Below, piece after piece: positions 63,877 to 64,000 of a stretch of DNA of 64,000 nucleotides (positions are counted from its first letter, which is position 1; every line of letters starts with the position of its first letter). The stretch covers positions 14,700,770 through 14,764,769 of the forward strand of contig CM119271.1 in assembly GCA_051294375.1 (NCBI GenBank), given 5' to 3'. The DNA comes from Paraspadella gotoi (taxonomy: Eukaryota; Animalia; Chaetognatha). The notes under the pieces were generated by a model. It was not told where the DNA came from. It did not search any database and saw nothing but the letters and a program-made list of their open reading frames with translations. Made by a program: the position numbers and the translations under genes.

Positions 63877-64000
63877 CTTCGACGGAACAAGGGAAAGGGG
63901 GGGGGGAAGTTAGAATTTTTAATAAAAGAGTATGACTGTCTAAAAACAAACTGTAAAAAGGCTAACTATAAGAGGGTATATTATCCTAATATGAGACAAG

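Overview
Eukaryotic (invertebrate metazoan) draft-genome window with GC-rich exons, short AT-rich introns and three N-gaps (10632-11313, 11982-12827, 37779-37788). The left 14 kb is AT- and repeat-rich. It holds an intronless SLC6 transporter, Tc1/mariner-type MITEs, a solo LTR, and a miniature LTR retroelement (TRIM) whose LTRs carry a tRNA-like Pol III promoter. From 14.8 to 27.5 kb the plus strand carries a FoxN-like gene with a long heptad repeat, beta-catenin and a PRR5/Protor-like gene; three Penelope-like insertions with minimal hammerhead ribozymes lie in this region. From 27.9 to 64 kb there are 13 co-oriented, tightly packed minus-strand genes: an orphan Ser/Pro/Tyr-rich protein, BTF3-like, POLR3K, an RRM protein, a PDZ-only Syd-1-like gene, a GT10 fucosyltransferase, a BTB-BACK-UBL-MBT gene, SUMF1, ZNF593, RAD17, a small TM protein, ATMIN and the 3' end of SLC33A1. 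Exon structures were read by eye, and family assignments come from remembered motifs, not from database searches.
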